From Cohaesibacteraceae bacterium (GTDB lineage: Bacteria; Pseudomonadota; Alphaproteobacteria; Rhizobiales; MH13): DNA of 42,107 nt. The DNA lies in assembly GCA_028281795.1 (NCBI GenBank), contig JANQJE010000088.1, forward strand, positions 1-42,107, given 5' to 3'. The translations under genes and the position numbers were made by a program. A model generated the notes under the pieces. It was not told the DNA's origin. It ran no database searches and saw only the letters and a program-made list of their open reading frames with translations. Position 1 is the stretch's first letter. Every line of letters begins with the position of its first letter. This document shows positions 37,882 through 42,107 of the stretch, in pieces.

Positions 37882-38044
37882 AGAGCGCAGTTCCAAGAAC
37901 AGTTTCCAACTTCAGCAAGGGGCGGCATCAAGGTGTCTGGCCTCGATTGCGAGGGGTCCAAATAGGGTATCGATGATTATTTGCAGATGACGTACATGTG
38001 TTTGTCAGTTTGATCGTGGATCATCCGGATTGATGGAGATGGAT

Positions 38045-38872
38045 ATGACGCCAAGACGGATCACACTGCGTATGGTCGCGTTGGTTGCCGGGGCGCTCTT
38101 GGCAACACCCGCCGTTGCTACGTCTTGCATTACCAGTCAGTCGCAGTTTGAAACCTATAAGCAGCAGCTTGCGCAACAGGCTGCATCGTCCGGCGTCGGG
38201 CAGCGCGGTCTGCAGGCGCTGCAGCAGGCGCGGCTTTCCGGCATCACGTGGCGGTTTGAATCAAACCCGGCCTCCCAGTCCAGTATGCGCCATCGCAGTC
38301 CTGAACAGTTTTTGACCAGCCGGTTTTCGAGCGTGAATTCCTTTGTCTCCGGTGCCCGGCAACGGCTGCAGCAGAGCGCCGGATTCTTCCAGGCCATTGA
38401 ACAGCGCTATGGCGTTCCCGGTTCAATCCTGGTGGCAATCTGGGGTTATGAAACCAGTTGGGGTGGCTATACGGGCGACACTCCCATCGTTGGCGGCGCT
38501 GTAACCCTGGCGTCCTACTGCCGTCGTTATCCGCGCTTCGAAGACGATGCCATCGCAGCCCTGCAACTTGTCGATCGAGGGCTCATTTCCGGCAACAGCC
38601 GCGGTGGCCCTTCTGGCGAACTGGGGCACATGCAGTTTTTGGCCGGCAACTGGATACGGTTTGCCGTGGATGGCAATGGCGATGGCCGGGCTGACCCCAA
38701 CGATGCGGCAGACGCTCTTGCAACCGCAGCAAACATGTTGCGCCGCAATGGCTGGCGGCCCGGCGGTTCCTTCGCTGACGGGTCGGCCAATTTCCGTGTT
38801 CTGTCGGTGTGGAACGACAGCGGCAACTATCAGCGTGCCATCGCTTACGCTGCTGGTTTGATTGGTCAGTAG
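38045..38872 (+). CDS. Lytic murein transglycosylase (MltB/SLT_2 family), secreted
   Basis: Signal peptide, AIWGYETSWG catalytic Glu, GELGHMQF, EF-hand AVDGNGDGRAD, WNDSGNY. GGAG RBS before ATG 38045. Confidence 0.9.
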   Translation: MTPRRITLRMVALVAGALLATPAVATSCITSQSQFETYKQQLAQQAASSGVGQRGLQALQQARLSGITWRFESNPASQSSMRHRSPEQFLTSRFSSVNSFVSGARQRLQQSAGFFQAIEQRYGVPGSILVAIWGYETSWGGYTGDTPIVGGAVTLASYCRRYPRFEDDAIAALQLVDRGLISGNSRGGPSGELGHMQFLAGNWIRFAVDGNGDGRADPNDAADALATAANMLRRNGWRPGGSFADGSANFRVLSVWNDSGNYQRAIAYAAGLIGQ

Positions 38873-38912
38873 GTGACGCTCTCGGCTGAATCTGACCAGA
38901 AAAAGTCAAAAG

Positions 38913-38949
38913 AAAAAAGCCCGCGCTGGCCGACGGTAGCGCGGGTTTT
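38913..38949. terminator. Intrinsic terminator, probably bidirectional
   Basis: AAAAAA-GCCCGCGCT-(10 nt loop)-AGCGCGGGT-TTT. Confidence 0.75.
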
Positions 38950-39387
38950 CAACGGTACTGACCAAAAGCGGACAACGCTGTCAGCCAACCAAGTTCAAGT
39001 TGAGATGTGATCGACTGCCGCTGCCCGCACCAGATGTGAATCCACGTCATCAAGAGGACCTGGAGCGTGTTTGTGGAAACCGGAGTCGCGTGATGCGCTT
39101 TAGGGTCAGGACCCATTGATAGGGTTGAAATGGTCGAGGCGCGTTTGTGCGGGTGCAAGGAGCAAGCTCGCTGGAAGTCTTCGGACTTTCAAGGGGTTGC
39201 GACACAGCAGCCAGTGCAAACCCGCCCGATCCCAAGGACGATCGATTGGCTGGCGCCCTACGGCGTCAAAGCCCTTGACCGGGGGATGAACCCCGCTCTT
39301 CGGACTTTTCCTTGTATGACTTGCCATATCGAGCGCCATTTCAATCATATTAATAGGTCCTGACCCCAGACTCTTGCTGAAAATGCT

Positions 39388-40494
39388 CTAGCTGGAGATC
39401 CGCAGGTAAAAGGCGTAGAGCTGTGGCAGGATGGCAGCTGGGTCCTCCAGACCAAGCTCGCGCGCAGCGCGGTATGGCCAGTTGGGGTCACGCAGGAACT
39501 CGCGGGCCATGGCCACGAGGTCGGCGCGTCCTTCCGCTACGATTGTATTGGCCTGAGCCGGTTCCGTTATCGCACCCACTGCCATGGTCGACAGGCCGGT
39601 CTCGCGCCGGATCCGTTCGGCATAGGGCACCTGAAAGCCTGGCGCAGGCTTTTGTGCTGCCAGCCGTTGGCCGCTGGGAAGGCCTCCGCCTGAGCAGTCC
39701 ATCAGATTGACACCCACCTTTTTCAGTTCCGCCGCCAGCGCAACCGTGTCGTCCAGTGTGAGCGCGCCGCCTTCGCTGTCGACGCAGGACGCGCGGTAGA
39801 GAACAGGTGTGTCATCCGGCACCGACGCGCGCACGGCGCGCGCCACCTCGACGGGCAGGCGCATGCGGCCGGCCAGATCGCCGCCATACGTGTCACTGCG
39901 GCGGTTGGACCAGGGCGACATGAAGCTGTGCAAGAGATAGCCATGCGCACCATGGATCTCGACTCCGTCGAATCCAGCGGCGAGCGCACGCTGCGCAGCG
40001 GCGGCAAAGGCGTCCACAAGGGCCGGGATCTCGTCCGCCTCAAGCGCCCGGGGAACCGGCCACCCATCGCGCGCCGGGATCGCTGAAGGCGCGACGGTCT
40101 GCCAGGGTGCTTCGTGCGATTGCCCGTCCAGAGGTCCGGCCCCGTCCCAGGGGCGCTTGGTCGATGCCTTGGGACCGGCATGCCCGAGCTGCAGCAGGAC
40201 CGGAATGCCCTGGCGGCGGTAGAGCGTGGTCACCCGCGCCCAGGCCGCCACCTGATCGTCGCGATACATCCCGGTGCAACCCGGGCTGATGCGGCCCTCG
40301 CGGGTGACGCCGGTCGACTCGGCAATCGCGCCACCAAGGCCCGAAACCGCATAGCGCCCATGGTGGGCGACGTGCCAGTCGTTCGGTGTGCCGTCATCGG
40401 CCTGATACTGGCACATCGGCGCCAGCACGATGCGGTTCGGGAACGTCACGGCACGCAGGCTGAACGGGGTAAAAAGCGGGGGCAGGGCGGTCAT
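39388..40494 (-). CDS. NADH:flavin oxidoreductase / Old Yellow Enzyme (YqjM/NamA-like)
   Basis: NRIVLAPMCQY, QLGHAG, EIHGAHGYLLHSFMSP, NRRSDTYGG, PGFQVPYAERIR, AREFLRDPNW. Confidence 0.95.
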   Translation of the reverse strand: MTALPPLFTPFSLRAVTFPNRIVLAPMCQYQADDGTPNDWHVAHHGRYAVSGLGGAIAESTGVTREGRISPGCTGMYRDDQVAAWARVTTLYRRQGIPVLLQLGHAGPKASTKRPWDGAGPLDGQSHEAPWQTVAPSAIPARDGWPVPRALEADEIPALVDAFAAAAQRALAAGFDGVEIHGAHGYLLHSFMSPWSNRRSDTYGGDLAGRMRLPVEVARAVRASVPDDTPVLYRASCVDSEGGALTLDDTVALAAELKKVGVNLMDCSGGGLPSGQRLAAQKPAPGFQVPYAERIRRETGLSTMAVGAITEPAQANTIVAEGRADLVAMAREFLRDPNWPYRAARELGLEDPAAILPQLYAFYLRISS

Positions 40495-40655
40495 GCCGGC
40501 ACCTCTTGGTGTTGATGATGGTGAATCTCGGTAGCGGGCGCGTGACAGACTCCGATGCCTTCGGCAGCGTCAGGGCCGAACTTTCCCACAGACTTTGGGC
40601 CAATGCGCAACGTCGGGCATCGCCGAAAATTGCCGCACGGATGATCGTATAAGTC

Positions 40656-40689
40656 GTTCGCATTTCGAACAAAAGTTGTTATAACGAAC
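40656..40689. promoter_or_regulatory. Tandem GTTCG-N5-CGAAC-type operator
   Basis: GTTCG-CATTT-CGAAC (40656-40670) and GTTGT-TATAA-CGAAC (40675-40689), between divergent genes. Confidence 0.5.
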
Positions 40690-40875
40690 ATGCTGCGTCC
40701 TCTGCTGCGTTGGGCATCGGCCTTTTCATGGTCTGGCTGGTTCTCAGAATTTCGTGGACAAGGAAAGCATCGTGTGAGTAAAATTTTTTTACTGATAGAT
40801 AGATTTTTTAAATTGATCCAGATGCGTTCCGCATCGATGGGGCCGTATCGAACCATGGCAACAAGGAGGAAAGTC

Positions 40876-42107
40876 ATGAACTATTGGAGGTCGCGGCTCG
40901 CTGCCGCCGTCCTGATCGTCGCTTCGCCCAGCATGGCGCTGGCTGAGGACGTGCTGACCATCGGCGTACGGGCCGAAGCGGCCAGCATGGACCCGCACTG
41001 GACCCAGCTTTCGGGCGACACGCAGGTTCAGGAACACATCTTCGAGCGGCTCGTTGGCCTGTCCTCGACCTCACAGCCCATCCCGGGTCTGGCGGTTTCG
41101 TGGGAGCCGATCGACGAAACCACTTGGGAGTTCAGGCTGCGCGAAGGTGTCAAATGGCACGACGGAGAGGATTTCACCGCCGAGGATGTTGTGTTCTCCT
41201 TTGACCGCCTGCGTGCGGGCGTGTCCGGCGCTCCCGCATCTCCCGCCTTCCAGCTTGAGAAGGGCGGAAAGCAGTGGGAAATGATCGACGACTACACGAT
41301 CCGCATCACGACGGACGGCCCTTACCCGACCATGGCCGAGGACCTGGCGATGCTGCCGATTATCGCCGAACATGCGGCGGCCGGGGCTGAGCCCTCGGTT
41401 GATTTCAACACCGGCGAGGCTGCCATCGGCACCGGACCTTACATGTTCAGCGAATACACGCCCGGCAGCCAGATCGTTGTGACCAGGTTCGACGATTACT
41501 GGGGCGGGGAACCTCACTGGGATAGCGTCGTCTTCCGCCCCGTGGGACAGGATTCAGCCCGTCTCGCGGCGCTGCTGAACGGCGATGTCGATATGATCAA
41601 CTACCCGCCGACAGTCGATCTGCCGCAACTGGAGGCCGACCCGGATTTCACCGTTTCGAGCATTGCTTCCGACCGGCTTATCTACATCCAGCCCGGCAAC
41701 AAGCATGTGGAGCCGTTCATCACCGACGCCAATGGCGAAGTCATGGTGCCCAATCCGCTGCGCGACTGGCGGGTGCGCCGTGCGCTCAGCCTGGCGATCA
41801 ACCGCGAAGCCATCCGCGATCGGATCATGGGCGGTGCCTCGCTGCCGACCCGGAACATCGTGCCACCGGGCTTCTTCGGGTATGTCGAAGAGCTGGAGGC
41901 GGATCCCTACGACCCCGAGCAGGCGCAGGCCCTGCTGGCGGAGGCCGGCTATGGCGACGGCTTCAACGTCACGCTGCACGGCCCCAACGACCGCTACATC
42001 AACGATGCCCGCATCCTGGAAGCGGTGGCGCAGATGTGGTCGCGGGTTGGCATCACCACCGAAGTCGACGCGATGCCTCGGAACATCTTCTTTTCCCGCT
42101 TGATCCG
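40876..42107 (+). CDS. Family 5 ABC substrate-binding protein (DppA-like), truncated by the window end
   Basis: Not in the ORF track. AGGAGG RBS and ATG 40876. MNYWRSRLAAAVLIVASPSMALA-EDVLTIG...SMDPH...PGLAVSWE...FRLREGVKWHDG...GTGPY; open to the end. Confidence 0.92.
   Translation, partial: MNYWRSRLAAAVLIVASPSMALAEDVLTIGVRAEAASMDPHWTQLSGDTQVQEHIFERLVGLSSTSQPIPGLAVSWEPIDETTWEFRLREGVKWHDGEDFTAEDVVFSFDRLRAGVSGAPASPAFQLEKGGKQWEMIDDYTIRITTDGPYPTMAEDLAMLPIIAEHAAAGAEPSVDFNTGEAAIGTGPYMFSEYTPGSQIVVTRFDDYWGGEPHWDSVVFRPVGQDSARLAALLNGDVDMINYPPTVDLPQLEADPDFTVSSIASDRLIYIQPGNKHVEPFITDANGEVMVPNPLRDWRVRRALSLAINREAIRDRIMGGASLPTRNIVPPGFFGYVEELEADPYDPEQAQALLAEAGYGDGFNVTLHGPNDRYINDARILEAVAQMWSRVGITTEVDAMPRNIFFSRLI

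Noticed and set aside
40656-40689. Alphaproteobacterial LexA box
   Set aside because: It requires a direct repeat GTTC-N7-GTTC or GAAC-N7-GAAC. Here the repeat is inverted and the GAAC copies are 15 nt apart.
40491-40877. 128-aa minus ORF ending in an ATGA overlap with the OYE gene
   Set aside because: It spans the AT-rich divergent promoter region and the SBP RBS, and has no recognisable motifs.
1-42107. CRISPR array, IS/transposase, integrase, prophage or defence genes
   Set aside because: No regularly spaced repeats or such protein motifs were seen by eye. The EcoRI site at position 1 is uninformative.

Overview
GC-rich alphaproteobacterial DNA (Rhodobacteraceae-like, inferred from gene content) that looks largely accessory. 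A 3' half of tRNA-Trp(CCA) at 16749-16795, with att-like flanking repeats, splits the window. Left of it are two units. (i) A divergent sugar/polyol ABC and catabolic locus: a partial SBP, a MalK-type ATPase, a glycerol-1-phosphate dehydrogenase-like enzyme, an HxlB-like isomerase, an SDR and a HAD-IIA hydrolase. (ii) An envelope cluster: CDP-alcohol phosphotransferase, LtaS/OpgB-like sulfatase-fold protein and UPF0104 flippase-like protein, divergent from cytochrome b561-opgH-opgG/D, then a sugar ABC importer and an FkbM methyltransferase. Right of it is a 15-kb minus-strand operon: Opp-type ABC, CapA-like metallophosphoesterase, two enolase-superfamily enzymes, AKR, GH42-like glycosidase, beta-hydroxyacid dehydrogenase, Ca/Na antiporter and tartrate dehydrogenase. 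It is preceded by an MFS, an IclR regulator and an apparently catalytically dead alpha/beta-hydrolase, and carries a repeated TTTCA-N5-TGAAA operator. A GHL6-like glycosidase, a lytic transglycosylase, an OYE reductase and a partial DppA-like SBP end the window. All functions come from motif recognition by eye; no searches were run.
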